Source: an uncultured Candidatus Bathyarchaeia archaeon (lineage in GTDB: Archaea > Thermoproteota > Bathyarchaeia > RBG-16-48-13 > CAYWPD01). From it: a DNA stretch of 61,788 nt. Below are positions 1 through 9,545 of the stretch, in pieces. The stretch's first letter is position 1. Each line of letters begins with the position of its first letter. The notes under the pieces were generated by a model. The model was not told the origin of the DNA. It made no database searches and was given only the letters and a program-made list of their open reading frames with translations. The position numbers and the translations under genes were made by a program. Where the stretch lies: the NCBI GenBank assembly GCA_964460055.1, contig CAYWPD010000002.1, positions 6,400 to 68,187 of the forward strand, written 5' to 3'.

Positions 1-644
1 ACGCTACTCAGGATAACGCTACATCCGGCACTTCGGAACACGTCTTCCGTCGCAAAACCAGTCAACACGCCAACGAACCTTACACCAGCATTCTTGGCGA
101 ACTGAAAGTCCATCAGAGTGTCTCCCACGACCACAATCTGAGAAACATCAATACCCAGCAACTTGGCGAGAAGGAAGAGCTGCTCAGGATCAGGCTTCGG
201 CTTCGAGACATCATTCCTAGCAATGGCAGCATCAACAAGTTCCATCAGGCCACACCTCTCCATGACGGCGAGCGCGTATGCCCTGCAGCTCCTCGTCACG
301 ACCCCACTACCGACATCCGCTTCTCTCATGGCAACTAATGTCTGTCGAGATCCATCGATAGGCGTGGCTAGCATTACGCTATCCATCTCAACCGCGTCCA
401 TTATCTGCCCGATCTTGTCGAGGATCTCTTTCCATTGGCCGTCAAGTCCTCCTCCCTCCTTGTAGATCTCTTCGGCTCTGGTCAAGATCTCGACATTTGT
501 CTGGCGCGGCGTGAAGCCTCCTTCAATTCCCTGCGATGAAAGGTACGCAATAACGCGCTCTTTCATCCGTACAAAGTCGATGTGCGATTCGACCAACGTA
601 CCATCTAGGTCGAAGGCGATTGCTTTGATCTCCGTCGAGTCCAC
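1..644 (-). CDS. HAD-superfamily hydrolase (phosphatase-like); its 3' end runs off the window
   Basis: Not in the ORF track. Manual reverse translation gives (GTG)DSTEIKAIAFDLDGTLVESHIDF...VVVGDTLMDFQFAKNAGVRFVGVLTG, i.e. HAD motif I (DxDGT) and motif IV (GDxxxD). The GTG start at 644 is a guess. Confidence 0.65.
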   Translation of the reverse strand, partial: MDSTEIKAIAFDLDGTLVESHIDFVRMKERVIAYLSSQGIEGGFTPRQTNVEILTRAEEIYKEGGGLDGQWKEILDKIGQIMDAVEMDSVMLATPIDGSRQTLVAMREADVGSGVVTRSCRAYALAVMERCGLMELVDAAIARNDVSKPKPDPEQLFLLAKLLGIDVSQIVVVGDTLMDFQFAKNAGVRFVGVLTGFATEDVFRSAGCSVILSS

Positions 645-838
645 GACTACTTCCCCATTTCTTCGGCTGCAGCTTCGATATCGGACCTTGCCGAAAGGAT
701 TTGCTGTAGCGCCAGTCTTCTGCGGCTCATATGGGTACACGCTTCATTCGGGGGTCCGAGGTGGGATGTATGTTCGCGCTTCTCAGACCCTTCGGCACAT
801 AAATATGCATCCAGCGACTCTCTTCAGTTGAAAGAGCT

Positions 839-1888
839 TTGTTCGAGAGGCCCGCCCTACTCTGGGAGAGCATAGACGGAAAAAACGTGAAGTGCTCAGT
901 CTGTCCTAGGAGATGCACTATCGCACCAGGCAGGAGAGGATTCTGCCGCGTCAGGGAGAATCGAGACGGCGCCCTCTACACCTTGGTTTATGGCCTTCTT
1001 ACCGCTCTGGCCGTCGATCCAATCGAGAAGAAACCTCTGTTCAACTTCTGGCCAGGCAGCACAAGCCTCTCCATCTCAACGGTTTCCTGCAACTTCAGAT
1101 GTCCATGGTGCCAAAACTGGTCCATATCCCAAGCCTCTCCCGAAGAAGTCGTAACTGACGAGAAGAAACCCGAAGAGATCGTGAGACTCGCGCGGCGGTA
1201 CGGATGCAAATCCATCTCATACACCTACAACGAGCCGACCATCTGGTTTGAGTACGTCCTTGAGACTTCCCGAGCAGCCAAAGAACAAGGAATACTCAAC
1301 GTCTTGGTCACAAACGGATACATCACCAACGAAGCCATCGATGCACTCTCACCTTACGTCGATGCCGCGAACGTCGACGTCAAGGGCTTCACAGAAGAGT
1401 TCTACCAGAAATACTGTATGAGCAGCCTGAAGGACGTCCTAACCGCAACCGAACATATGCACAAGAGAGGAATGCATATAGAAACGACGAACCTCATCAT
1501 CCCAAAGCTGAACGACGACCTAGACGAGATCAGGAAGCTGTGCGAATGGCATCGAGAAACACTCGGCCGCGATACTCCACTGCACTTCAGTAGATTCTAC
1601 CCACAATACAAGATGACGAACTTACCACCCACGCCCATCGAGACGCTGATATCAGCTCGCAAGCTCGCCAGAGAAGCAGGACTCAACTACGTGTACATCG
1701 GAAACGTGCCTGGCGAAGAAGGCGAAAACACGTACTGTCCCACCTGCGGGAAAGTTACAGTCGAGAGGATTGGATTCGACATCTCAACTTGGAGCCTGAC
1801 CCGAAACAACCAATGCTCCCAATGCGGAGCCAAGATCGCAATAATTGGCACATTCGAGAGAAGTAGGGCACCACTTCAACTCTTCTAA
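839..1888 (+). CDS. amrS: AmmeMemoRadiSam-system type radical SAM enzyme (pyruvate formate-lyase activase-like)
   Basis: CNFRCPWCQNW radical-SAM CxxxCxxC motif. N-terminal VKCSVCPRRCTIAPGRRGFCRVREN and a C-terminal Cys pair are typical of the family. TTG start. Confidence 0.75.
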   Translation: MFERPALLWESIDGKNVKCSVCPRRCTIAPGRRGFCRVRENRDGALYTLVYGLLTALAVDPIEKKPLFNFWPGSTSLSISTVSCNFRCPWCQNWSISQASPEEVVTDEKKPEEIVRLARRYGCKSISYTYNEPTIWFEYVLETSRAAKEQGILNVLVTNGYITNEAIDALSPYVDAANVDVKGFTEEFYQKYCMSSLKDVLTATEHMHKRGMHIETTNLIIPKLNDDLDEIRKLCEWHRETLGRDTPLHFSRFYPQYKMTNLPPTPIETLISARKLAREAGLNYVYIGNVPGEEGENTYCPTCGKVTVERIGFDISTWSLTRNNQCSQCGAKIAIIGTFERSRAPLQLF

Positions 1889-1991
1889 GCACGCGACAAT
1901 CTGAGCTCCTTCCCGACCTCCTAGCAGATCATAGCCTCGGACCGAACGTTTTTCTACCTCCTCCATGCCCTGTATGTGCTGAGGTCTTGGG

Positions 1992-2195
1992 ATGTCCTAC
2001 TGTCCCGAATGCGGCGGAGAGCTCAAGTACTTTCCAGCGGGCAAACAGTATGCGTGCAAGAGCTGCGGCCTTACGCTGACGTACCAAGAGTTGATAGAGC
2101 TACGCGATCGCTTGACGCCGAATGAAGAGAGCGACGAAGATGCCCGAAAGAGAAGACACAAAGAGTACTTGAAGTGGTGGCTCTCCAAGAAGTGA
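1992..2195 (+). CDS. Small zinc-ribbon protein with a basic/acidic tail
   Basis: 67 aa. CPECG...CKSCG zinc ribbon followed by a charged helix. No confident family assignment. Confidence 0.45.
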   Translation: MSYCPECGGELKYFPAGKQYACKSCGLTLTYQELIELRDRLTPNEESDEDARKRRHKEYLKWWLSKK

Positions 2196-2199
2196 CAGA

Positions 2200-3015
2200 A
2201 TGAGCCGAGAAGGATTCTTTACCATAATTAGCATAGGGAACGAACTGCTCACGGGGAGAACTCTTAACACCAACTCCCAATGGCTGTGCAAGAGAATAAC
2301 AGACCTCGGGGGCTCGGTGCATCGGATCGTCTGCATCGGCGATCATGTGCAGACCATAGTCGAGACGCTGAGAGAAGAGATGGATAGAGCCCCATCAGTG
2401 ATGGTGACGACAGGCGGTCTAGGACCAACTTTCGACGACATGACGCTGGAAGCGGTGGCAAGAACGCTAGGAGTCGAGCTCCAGCTCCATCCCGACGCCG
2501 AGGGAATGGTGCGAGGAAGATATCAGATGATCTTCGAAGGAAAAGAGTTCAAAATGACAGCGGAAAGGCTCAAAATGGCAACCATCCCCAAAGGCGCAAG
2601 GCCTCTTGAAAACCCTGTGGGAACAGCCCCAGGTGTGCTCATTGAGACTGGAGCTGTCGCGATCGTCTGTCTGCCTGGAGTCCCTAACGAGATGATGGCT
2701 ATCTTTGAGAGAGCTGTCGAGCCTTTCATAAAGAGCCGCGTAGGAGTTCTCCGATTCGCTGAGCTGAACTTAGAAGTCTTCGATGTTATGGAATCGTCGC
2801 TAGCCCCAGTAATCAAGGAAACGGTCTCCAAGATCCCGCAGGTCTACGTGAAGTCTCACCCGAGGGGCTCGGAGCAAGGCCAGTCGAGGATAGTCTTGAA
2901 CCTCTCATGCAGATCGGCGGAAGGCGACGAAGCCAAGACGCTTCTCCACAAATCAGCCGCCTATCTGACGGATAGAATCACCGCCCTTGGCGGCCGAACC
3001 AACGTAGCCCAATAG
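2200..3015 (+). CDS. CinA-like / MoCF-biosynthesis (MoaB/MogA-type) domain protein
   Basis: N-terminal IISIGNELLTGRTLNTNSQWL and TTGGLGPTFDDMT motifs are typical of the CinA N-terminal molybdopterin-binding domain. Confidence 0.6.
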   Translation: MSREGFFTIISIGNELLTGRTLNTNSQWLCKRITDLGGSVHRIVCIGDHVQTIVETLREEMDRAPSVMVTTGGLGPTFDDMTLEAVARTLGVELQLHPDAEGMVRGRYQMIFEGKEFKMTAERLKMATIPKGARPLENPVGTAPGVLIETGAVAIVCLPGVPNEMMAIFERAVEPFIKSRVGVLRFAELNLEVFDVMESSLAPVIKETVSKIPQVYVKSHPRGSEQGQSRIVLNLSCRSAEGDEAKTLLHKSAAYLTDRITALGGRTNVAQ

Positions 3016-3039
3016 AAAGCTCGAATCGAGGGCTTGTCA

Positions 3040-3801
3040 ATGAAATATGCTATCTTCATAGTCGGAACGGCTGGATCAGGAAAATCCACTCTAGCTGGCA
3101 ACTTCCACGGTTGGCTGGAGCTGAAGCGCCAGAACGTTATCAGAGTAAATCTGGATCCTGGTGTAGTGGATCTGCCATATGATCCCGATGTGGATGTTAG
3201 AGAGATCATTGACATTGAATCCGTGATGCGGCAATATTCTCTCGGACCGAACGGCGCCCTCATCATGTCCGCCGATCTCATTGCCACGAATATAGAGAAG
3301 ATCCAGTCGAAGATCGATAGATTCGGAAGCGACTACGTTCTAGTGGATACTCCAGGTCAGATGGAGCTCTTTGCATTCAGAGCGAGCGGCCCTTTTATCA
3401 TAAACGAGATGCGATGCGAGGGCAAGGCCGTTCTATACCTATTCGACTCAGCCTTCAGTATCAATCCCATCAACTACGTGTCAAACCTATTCCTCTCTCT
3501 AGCGGTTCAGACGAGATTCATGGTTCCTCAACTGCAAGTACTCTCCAAGATAGACCTACTCTCTGAGGATGACCTTGAGAAGATCCTCTCTTGGTCAGAA
3601 GATGAAGAACTTTTGGAAACCTCCATGGAAGAGGAGCATCAAGAAACGAAAAGGATCTTAAACCGATACATTCTCGACGCATTCAAGGCGCTGCAACTTG
3701 ACTTCTCGCTCATCCCTGTCTCGTCCACGACATCCGAGGGATTCATAGAGCTCTTCGGAACGCTTCAACGCCTTTTAACTAGGGGCGAAGAGACGCTCTA
3801 A
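3040..3801 (+). CDS. GPN-loop GTPase
   Basis: P-loop GTAGSGKST, the eponymous LGPNGA motif and DTPGQMELF. ATG at 3040 preferred over the TTG at 3034. Confidence 0.8.
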   Translation: MKYAIFIVGTAGSGKSTLAGNFHGWLELKRQNVIRVNLDPGVVDLPYDPDVDVREIIDIESVMRQYSLGPNGALIMSADLIATNIEKIQSKIDRFGSDYVLVDTPGQMELFAFRASGPFIINEMRCEGKAVLYLFDSAFSINPINYVSNLFLSLAVQTRFMVPQLQVLSKIDLLSEDDLEKILSWSEDEELLETSMEEEHQETKRILNRYILDAFKALQLDFSLIPVSSTTSEGFIELFGTLQRLLTRGEETL

Positions 3802-3863
3802 GAGAGATCTGATCCGCCTGATAAATCCGTGCTGGCCAGTAGATTCATCTCGATCTCTGTTTG

Positions 3864-4361
3864 TCACGGAGGCAGAGGAGGAAAGGAGGAAATGTCCTCA
3901 AAATACCAAGCAACTATGTCACCATCACGCATCACGTATTGACCGGCCCCGACCGGGCCAAGCTCCCAAGACCCAGAACCTTGATTGAACTTCCACCACA
4001 TCCACGCCTCATTCCCAGAACCGGCTACGCCGAATATCGCTGTTACAAAGGCAGATCCATACATCATACTATACTCGACATGCCCGTTGGCACTCGAGAT
4101 CGTGAGGTTAAGAAGGGTCCAGCCGGACGCGACGTAAGTATCATTGTACCATCTTTTCGTACCATTTTCGAACTTGAACAAAATATCGACTTTCATACCT
4201 ATCCTTCCAAGATCGTCTAGGGCATGCTGATACAGGGTCTCAAACGCGTTCGCACGCTGATAGAGATAGAATGATACGCCGGACGAGATTACTGAGACAG
4301 CAAGCAAGAAGAAGGTGGCAATTATCCATGGATTGGATTTGTCCTTGAGCATCCTACGCAA
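3864..4361 (-). CDS. Membrane-anchored DUF4430-like protein (transcobalamin-like beta domain)
   Basis: N-terminal TM helix, then ...GSAFVTAIFGV..NEAWMWWKFN....GAGQYVMRDGDIVAWYFED, matching the DUF4430 consensus (G.FV..I.G......W.Y.VNG....GA....L.DGD.I.W.Y). Overlaps the upstream gene by 8 nt. Confidence 0.5.
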   Translation of the reverse strand: MRRMLKDKSNPWIIATFFLLAVSVISSGVSFYLYQRANAFETLYQHALDDLGRIGMKVDILFKFENGTKRWYNDTYVASGWTLLNLTISSANGHVEYSMMYGSAFVTAIFGVAGSGNEAWMWWKFNQGSGSWELGPVGAGQYVMRDGDIVAWYFEDISSFPPLPP

Positions 4362-4956
4362 CTCCTTCCGTCCTTCTGGATACGGCCCACGTTTGATCTA
4401 TGCGGCCCATCGTTCTGCTCAGGGTCTTTATGATGAGCGGCACTACAATCGCAAAGAATGCGAGATTGCTCACCTCATGCAAGAGGCCCATCGGGACCGG
4501 GAAGTTCATGGCAAGCAATCCCACGAGGGGAGAACCGTATGAAAGAACGCCAACAACTGCGTTCGTGTAGATATCATATGCGAGTGTCAGCAGGATTCCT
4601 AGGGAACCGAAGATCACGCCACTCGGAAGCTGCGATTTTCCATCGCCATTCCCCCTTCCAGCAGGGATCAGTCTTCGAAGCAAAGCACCTCCCAATGAGT
4701 ATATCGATTCGCCAGACATCGTCAACAGGAGAATTGGAAGTGAAAAACCATAGGGATTGATCTGCCCATAAACCGCCCACGCCAAAGCACCAACCATTAT
4801 GCCCGCAGGCGCTCCAAGCATATACCCCGAGGCAAACACAAGACCGTCCATCAACTTTACGTTAGGCAGCGGAACCATGGCATAGTTTGTGGCAACACAT
4901 GTGGCCCCAAGCACGATGATAGTCGCTATTTGCTTGGAGGACAGAGATGGTGACAT
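4354..4956 (-). CDS. Polytopic membrane protein, ECF-transporter S-component-like
   Basis: About 5-6 predicted TM helices in 200 aa. Translationally coupled to the DUF4430 gene, a pairing seen for ECF S components. Assignment is by architecture only. Confidence 0.4.
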   Translation of the reverse strand: MSPSLSSKQIATIIVLGATCVATNYAMVPLPNVKLMDGLVFASGYMLGAPAGIMVGALAWAVYGQINPYGFSLPILLLTMSGESIYSLGGALLRRLIPAGRGNGDGKSQLPSGVIFGSLGILLTLAYDIYTNAVVGVLSYGSPLVGLLAMNFPVPMGLLHEVSNLAFFAIVVPLIIKTLSRTMGRIDQTWAVSRRTEGVA

Positions 4957-4973
4957 TCGGTCGGCGCCTACCT

Positions 4974-4990
4974 GGCTGGATTATCCAGCC
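4974..4990. promoter_or_regulatory. Perfect 17-bp palindrome GGCTGGA-TTA-TCCAGCC in the 5' leader of the ECF-like operon
   Basis: 7-bp arms and a 3-nt spacer, 18 nt upstream of the ATG at 4956. A TTTATAATA TATA-like box lies about 70 nt further upstream on the minus strand. Confidence 0.3.
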
Positions 4991-5077
4991 ATATCGGCGG
5001 CTTCTTCATATTAAACTATTTGCAGCTGCGAACGAGCGACTGAAATATGCGCTAAAGAACCTATTATAAAGATCCAA

Positions 5078-5737
5078 GTGGAGAGTCTCATCCTGTCCGA
5101 GAGCAAGCTCGCCCGAATAGCCTTCGAGAGCGGGCTGGGGCCTAGCCCCCTGTTTGACCTAACACACGTCATCGCAGTAGTGTTAGCTATCGGCGACGCG
5201 GGCACGATGGGTAGAGCTCGCATGGGTCGCGAGGTCGGTCTAGGTCAAGGGTCGATAAGGACTCTGATAGGTAGACTGGTTGCTGAAGGTCTTGTGAAAA
5301 CAAGGCAAAGCGGCTGCACCCTCACAGATTCCGGAATGGAGATGTACCATCAGCTCCGTGCTGGTGTTTCAGCTATTCAAACGCTTGAGTGCCAAGGGCT
5401 TCGCATCGGAGAATTATGTCTGGGTGCTCTCATAAAGGGAGGGTATGAAAATCTCGGGAGCGTTACGGAGATCAGAGATCTGGCCTTGCGACATGGAGCC
5501 TATGGAGCCGTGATCTACGCCTACTCGAGCAACAAGCTGTTTCTGCCTTCCATGCCTGAAATGAAAGAACCTGAGATGCAGAATATCATGAGGAGACTGG
5601 TTGATATCTTCCATCCTCATGAGGGCGACATCATTTTGGTCTGTGGTGCACAGAAAAGCCAGTCAGCGAAGAACGCTCTCTTGGCAGTTGCATACTCAAT
5701 ATTGACCAAAGACGCGAAGATCGGAAAAGAGTCGTGA
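5078..5737 (+). CDS. Winged-helix DNA-binding protein with an uncharacterised C-terminal domain (DUF4443-like)
   Basis: GRARMGREVGLGQGSIRTLIGRLVAEGLV resembles a wHTH recognition helix plus wing. Divergent from the ECF-like operon. Confidence 0.4.
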   Translation: MESLILSESKLARIAFESGLGPSPLFDLTHVIAVVLAIGDAGTMGRARMGREVGLGQGSIRTLIGRLVAEGLVKTRQSGCTLTDSGMEMYHQLRAGVSAIQTLECQGLRIGELCLGALIKGGYENLGSVTEIRDLALRHGAYGAVIYAYSSNKLFLPSMPEMKEPEMQNIMRRLVDIFHPHEGDIILVCGAQKSQSAKNALLAVAYSILTKDAKIGKES

Positions 5738-5901
5738 CAAGTTTACTCCATAAACACTATATATGTGCTCAATTTTATTGGGGACGCGCTGAAATGGCGA
5801 TGCTCAAACCGGCTTCGCCTTGAAAACCCGATAATCCCCCACATGTGCCGAATGGACAGCAAGGGAAGATCTGGAGCCAACATCTGGTCGAGGTGATATG
5901 T

Positions 5902-6612
5902 TTGGGGAATGCAGAGCAGATAATTAGAAACGCAATTAGAGAGGGAAGAACGTCTCTTCTGGAACCAGAGGCTAAGGAGATCTGTCTTGAGTTTGGTATC
6001 CCAGTCACCAATTCTTTCATTGCCAAGAACGAAGACGAAGCTGCAAGGCAGGCAAAGGAACTGGGCTTTCCCGTCGTCCTCAAGATCGTTTCACCAGATA
6101 TTCTCCACAAATCGGATGTTGGCGGCGTAGTCGTGGGATTAGGCGACGAAGAACACGTGCGCCAAGCATTTCGAAATATCTTGCATAACGTTAACACGAA
6201 GAAGCCGGGCTCTCGAGTCGTTGGAATACTCGTCGCCGAAATGGCACCTCAGTCAACGGAAGTAATTGTTGGAATGGTTACTGATCCCCAATTCGGCCCC
6301 GCCTTGATGTTCGGATTGGGAGGCATCTTTGTCGAAGTTCTCAAGGACGTCACCTTCAGAATAGCTCCGATTACTGAAGTAGATGCTCGAGAGATGATCG
6401 AAGAGATCAAGGCCTTTCCAATCCTGAAGGGGTACAGGGGCTATCCACAGGCAGACCTCGATAGCATTGTCAGAATCCTCATGGCCGTCTCGAAGTTGGT
6501 CATGGAGAGACCTGAGATAAACCAGCTCGATCTGAACCCCATAGAGGTCTACGAGAAAGGCGCTAAGGTCGTTGATGCCCGTATCATAATCGCATCTGCG
6601 CTATCCACTTGA
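5902..6612 (+). CDS. ADP-forming acetyl-CoA synthetase beta-type subunit (ATP-grasp domain protein)
   Basis: LLEPEAKEICLEFGIPV...ELGFPVVLKIVSPDILHKSDVGGVVVGL is typical of the ACD beta / ATP-grasp_5 domain. TTG at 5902 is preceded by GAGGTGA at 5-nt spacing. The ORF track start at 5845 is probably too long. Confidence 0.7.
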   Translation: MGNAEQIIRNAIREGRTSLLEPEAKEICLEFGIPVTNSFIAKNEDEAARQAKELGFPVVLKIVSPDILHKSDVGGVVVGLGDEEHVRQAFRNILHNVNTKKPGSRVVGILVAEMAPQSTEVIVGMVTDPQFGPALMFGLGGIFVEVLKDVTFRIAPITEVDAREMIEEIKAFPILKGYRGYPQADLDSIVRILMAVSKLVMERPEINQLDLNPIEVYEKGAKVVDARIIIASALST

Positions 6613-6669
6613 CCATTTCACACAAATCGTCGTCGAAGAGGCATCCCGTTTCCAGCCAAAGACTTATCT

Positions 6670-7605
6670 ATGCGAGCAAGTTTTCAATCCAAGCGCTTTC
6701 AGGATTCTATGGCCGTTCCGGCGGGACTTCGTCTGATAGAGGATCTGTTGAAGAAGATCGATGAGCTTGAGGGAGAGTCCAAGCCAGTCAGAGAAGAACG
6801 CGACCTTTTGAACATTGAAGCGAAGAAATCAGCTCAGAGAAGGGATGAACTCAACCAACAGATCCGAACACTTCACGCGAGAGCACTGGAGTTCAGGGCA
6901 AAGAGAGACGAGTTGAACAGGAAAGTCAGTGAACTCAAGGCAAAGAGGGATGAGCTAAGGAAACTGCTAGAAGAAAAGACAAAAGAGAGCTACAAATCAG
7001 ACACGAAATCGAGCACATCATACGCATATTCTTCTTCACAGGCCGAAAAGAGCCTGAAGCGAAGAATAGCTGACTTGGAGTGGACCATACAGACAACGCC
7101 GCTTTCAATCAAAGAGGAAAGACGAATTATAGGTCAGGTGAAGGATCTCGAGACTCAGCTGGAGGCTGTGCACCATCAGGAGAGCGTCAGGAAGCAACTG
7201 AAGAGTATTGATTCAGAAGCCGAGGGAATCAGGCAGAGAGTCAGAGAGTTTCATGAACAGTTATCAAAACTGGCGAAAGAAAGCCAGGAATACCACGAGC
7301 AGATGGATGGGAGCCTCGAAGAAGCTCAGCTGCTTCAGACTCAGGCTGACGAGCAGCATAGGAACTACGTTGACTCAAGGCAGAAAGCGGATGCAGCGCA
7401 TCAGAAGCTCTTGGGAATCATCACGAGAATGAGAGAGGTTGAAAGGCAGATCCAGCAATACGATGAGACCATTAGAAGGGACCAGCTAAGGAGACTCTTG
7501 GAGGCAAGAGAGGAGACGACCAAAAAAGCAAATACTAAGCTGAAGAAGGGTGAGAAGCTCAGTTTCGATGAGTTCAAACTCCTTGTTGAGAAGGGCATGG
7601 TCTAG
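6670..7605 (+). CDS. Archaeal coiled-coil protein (COG1340-like)
   Basis: 311 aa, almost entirely heptad-rich, charged and helical (repeated ...KRDELN.K..ELKAKRDEL...). Convergent with uL30. Confidence 0.5.
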   Translation: MRASFQSKRFQDSMAVPAGLRLIEDLLKKIDELEGESKPVREERDLLNIEAKKSAQRRDELNQQIRTLHARALEFRAKRDELNRKVSELKAKRDELRKLLEEKTKESYKSDTKSSTSYAYSSSQAEKSLKRRIADLEWTIQTTPLSIKEERRIIGQVKDLETQLEAVHHQESVRKQLKSIDSEAEGIRQRVREFHEQLSKLAKESQEYHEQMDGSLEEAQLLQTQADEQHRNYVDSRQKADAAHQKLLGIITRMREVERQIQQYDETIRRDQLRRLLEAREETTKKANTKLKKGEKLSFDEFKLLVEKGMV

Positions 7606-7811
7606 CCTTTCAAACCACCGGCCAGAAAGCCAGACTTGTGGGAGGCAGACTTGCCCTGTGAATCTTGGACATGAATTGAGACCAGCAAGTTCATCCTTGT
7701 CTGTCATCTGGCGCCTATTCTTCGGACATCGATCGTGAACTGCCTAACGAGAAACGCGTACGTCCGGATCGTTTAAGCTATCAGAATGTATTCGCGTTTA
7801 GTCCATCGTGT

Positions 7812-8294
7812 CTAGACCATTTTCGATAGAAGTGCGCCAATGTCGTTACCCCGATATCCGAGTTCACCGAACTCCTTGATGGACTTCTTTGTTGAACCTT
7901 TGAAGCCGCCCTTCGGAGGATGTAGACGAAAGATTGGCTTCAGCGGAGCATATGACGCAATTGGTTTGTCTGATGCAATCAAATGCTTTGCTAGGTCTCG
8001 GATAGATTCGAATCTAAGTACTTCTTTGGCGAGTTTCTCTGTAAGTCTTCTGCCGCCTTCCATTCTTCCTCTCTTTGCCAACAGTTGCTCAACAGCTTGC
8101 TCCGAAATCTCGCCCCAGGTCACGTAGTCTTTGACCTTCTGAAGCATCCCTCTCATTGCGGCGTTGTCTGTTAGAATTGTCGCGTGAAAGTTTCGATGAA
8201 GGTGGAGGAGCTTCAAGGTCTCAAGTTCATCTCGACTTGCGTTGACTTCGCCCCTCATTCGTATTACGAGAAGCTTCCCGGACGATGGGGACAT
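7812..8294 (-). CDS. rpl30p: 50S ribosomal protein uL30
   Basis: LLVIRMRGEVNASRDELETLKLLHLHR...MLQKVKDYVTWGEI...FRLHPPKGGF. Confidence 0.9.
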   Translation of the reverse strand: MSPSSGKLLVIRMRGEVNASRDELETLKLLHLHRNFHATILTDNAAMRGMLQKVKDYVTWGEISEQAVEQLLAKRGRMEGGRRLTEKLAKEVLRFESIRDLAKHLIASDKPIASYAPLKPIFRLHPPKGGFKGSTKKSIKEFGELGYRGNDIGALLSKMV

Positions 8295-8948
8295 CTACTT
8301 CACCCATTCAGACGGAGGAACCATCTTGTATGTATTTCTTAACGCGTCGAAGATCGCGAAGGCAAAAGATGCGGTCGTTCGAGTCGATCCGAAGCTGCGA
8401 GTCCAGCAGTCTTTGATGCCAGCGAGCCTCAATATGGTCTTGCCGACTTCATTAGACACCAGTCCAAGCCCCCTTGGGGCCGGGATCACCTCGATCGAGA
8501 CGCTGCCGCACGTGCCAACCACTTTGAATGAGGTAGAGTGAGGCTGCCCGCACGCACATTCCCAGCTTCCACAGCCTCGCCTAACCGGGGTCAATTTCAG
8601 CCTGGCATCGATTGTTCCTTTCCCGATGGCGTTTCGGACTTGTCTGGCTTTTCCAACACCGAGTCCAACGAAGCCGTCCCCATTTCCCACTGCAACTATG
8701 GCCTTGAATCGCGATCGCTCGCCGGCGTCAGTTTGTTTCTGTACTAGTTGGACGTTGATAACTTCCTCTTGGACCCCCGGGAGCAATACGTCGACTATTT
8801 CTGGTTCCTGTATCTTGTAGCCTTGAGAGAAGATCTCGCCGAGGTTGGTTATCTGCCCCTCGGCGACCATCTTTCCCAGTCGTGTACTTGGAACCCATCC
8901 TTCGCCCCTTTCGCGTGGCCTCGTTGAAGCTTGTTCTTTGGACATCAT
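8295..8948 (-). CDS. rps5p: 30S ribosomal protein uS5
   Basis: WVPSTRLGKMV...VQKQTDAGERSRFKAIVAVGNGDGFVGLGVGKA. Start overlaps the uL18 stop (ATGATG/TGA). Confidence 0.9.
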   Translation of the reverse strand: MMSKEQASTRPRERGEGWVPSTRLGKMVAEGQITNLGEIFSQGYKIQEPEIVDVLLPGVQEEVINVQLVQKQTDAGERSRFKAIVAVGNGDGFVGLGVGKARQVRNAIGKGTIDARLKLTPVRRGCGSWECACGQPHSTSFKVVGTCGSVSIEVIPAPRGLGLVSNEVGKTILRLAGIKDCWTRSFGSTRTTASFAFAIFDALRNTYKMVPPSEWVK

Positions 8949-9541
8949 TTGGCGAAGTCCTCCCTGATCCTCCTCTCGACCTCAATGAAGTGTTCAGGAA
9001 GATTCTCGGGACGCTGACTCTTGGCGAGGTACGACGAGAAAACCCTGTTATAAGAGTCTGGACTCGACGTCGCAAGAACCTTCGCGAACTCTGCAATATG
9101 AGATCCGCGAACCCTTTCGTCTGGCGGTAGCATGGAAGCATCACATGCAATGTGCAAGCCAGCGTCGATCGCTCCCTTCGCGGCCGCAAATACTCTCGCA
9201 CCTTTTGCCGGCGTAGATAACCCAATGTCCAATATGGCATCGTCCACGCCGCTCCTTGTGCTCTTGTATCCCGCAAGCATGCCTACCAAATATGCGGCGG
9301 GTGTATTCGCCGGATGCCCGCGCCACCCGTATCTCCTTGTGATCTCCTTGGAATTTGAACATGCCAACGTCTCATCGCCGCGCGCAGTCGACCTCAGGAT
9401 TTGCGCGTAGATATTACGGCCTGAGATCCGCGCTACAAGCCGAGCTTTCTTGGAAGCGACGAGAGCACGTCTCTTCCTGTAATCTGTACGGGCACTTCGT
9501 CTTCTTCTTGGTGGAACGTGATAGGTCGGTCCTCTAGCCAT
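8945..9541 (-). CDS. rpl18p: 50S ribosomal protein uL18
   Basis: MARGPTYHVPPRRRRSARTDYRKRRALV... The ATG at 9541 is preceded by GGAGG at 10-nt spacing and follows the eL19 stop. The ORF track start at 9601 would overlap eL19. Confidence 0.88.
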   Translation of the reverse strand: MARGPTYHVPPRRRRSARTDYRKRRALVASKKARLVARISGRNIYAQILRSTARGDETLACSNSKEITRRYGWRGHPANTPAAYLVGMLAGYKSTRSGVDDAILDIGLSTPAKGARVFAAAKGAIDAGLHIACDASMLPPDERVRGSHIAEFAKVLATSSPDSYNRVFSSYLAKSQRPENLPEHFIEVERRIREDFAK

Positions 9542-9545
9542 GCCC

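Noticed and set aside
8728-9276. 182-aa minus-strand ORF in an alternative frame across the uS5/uL18 junction
   Set aside because: It overlaps two clearly identified ribosomal protein genes in another frame and has arginine-rich nonsense composition.
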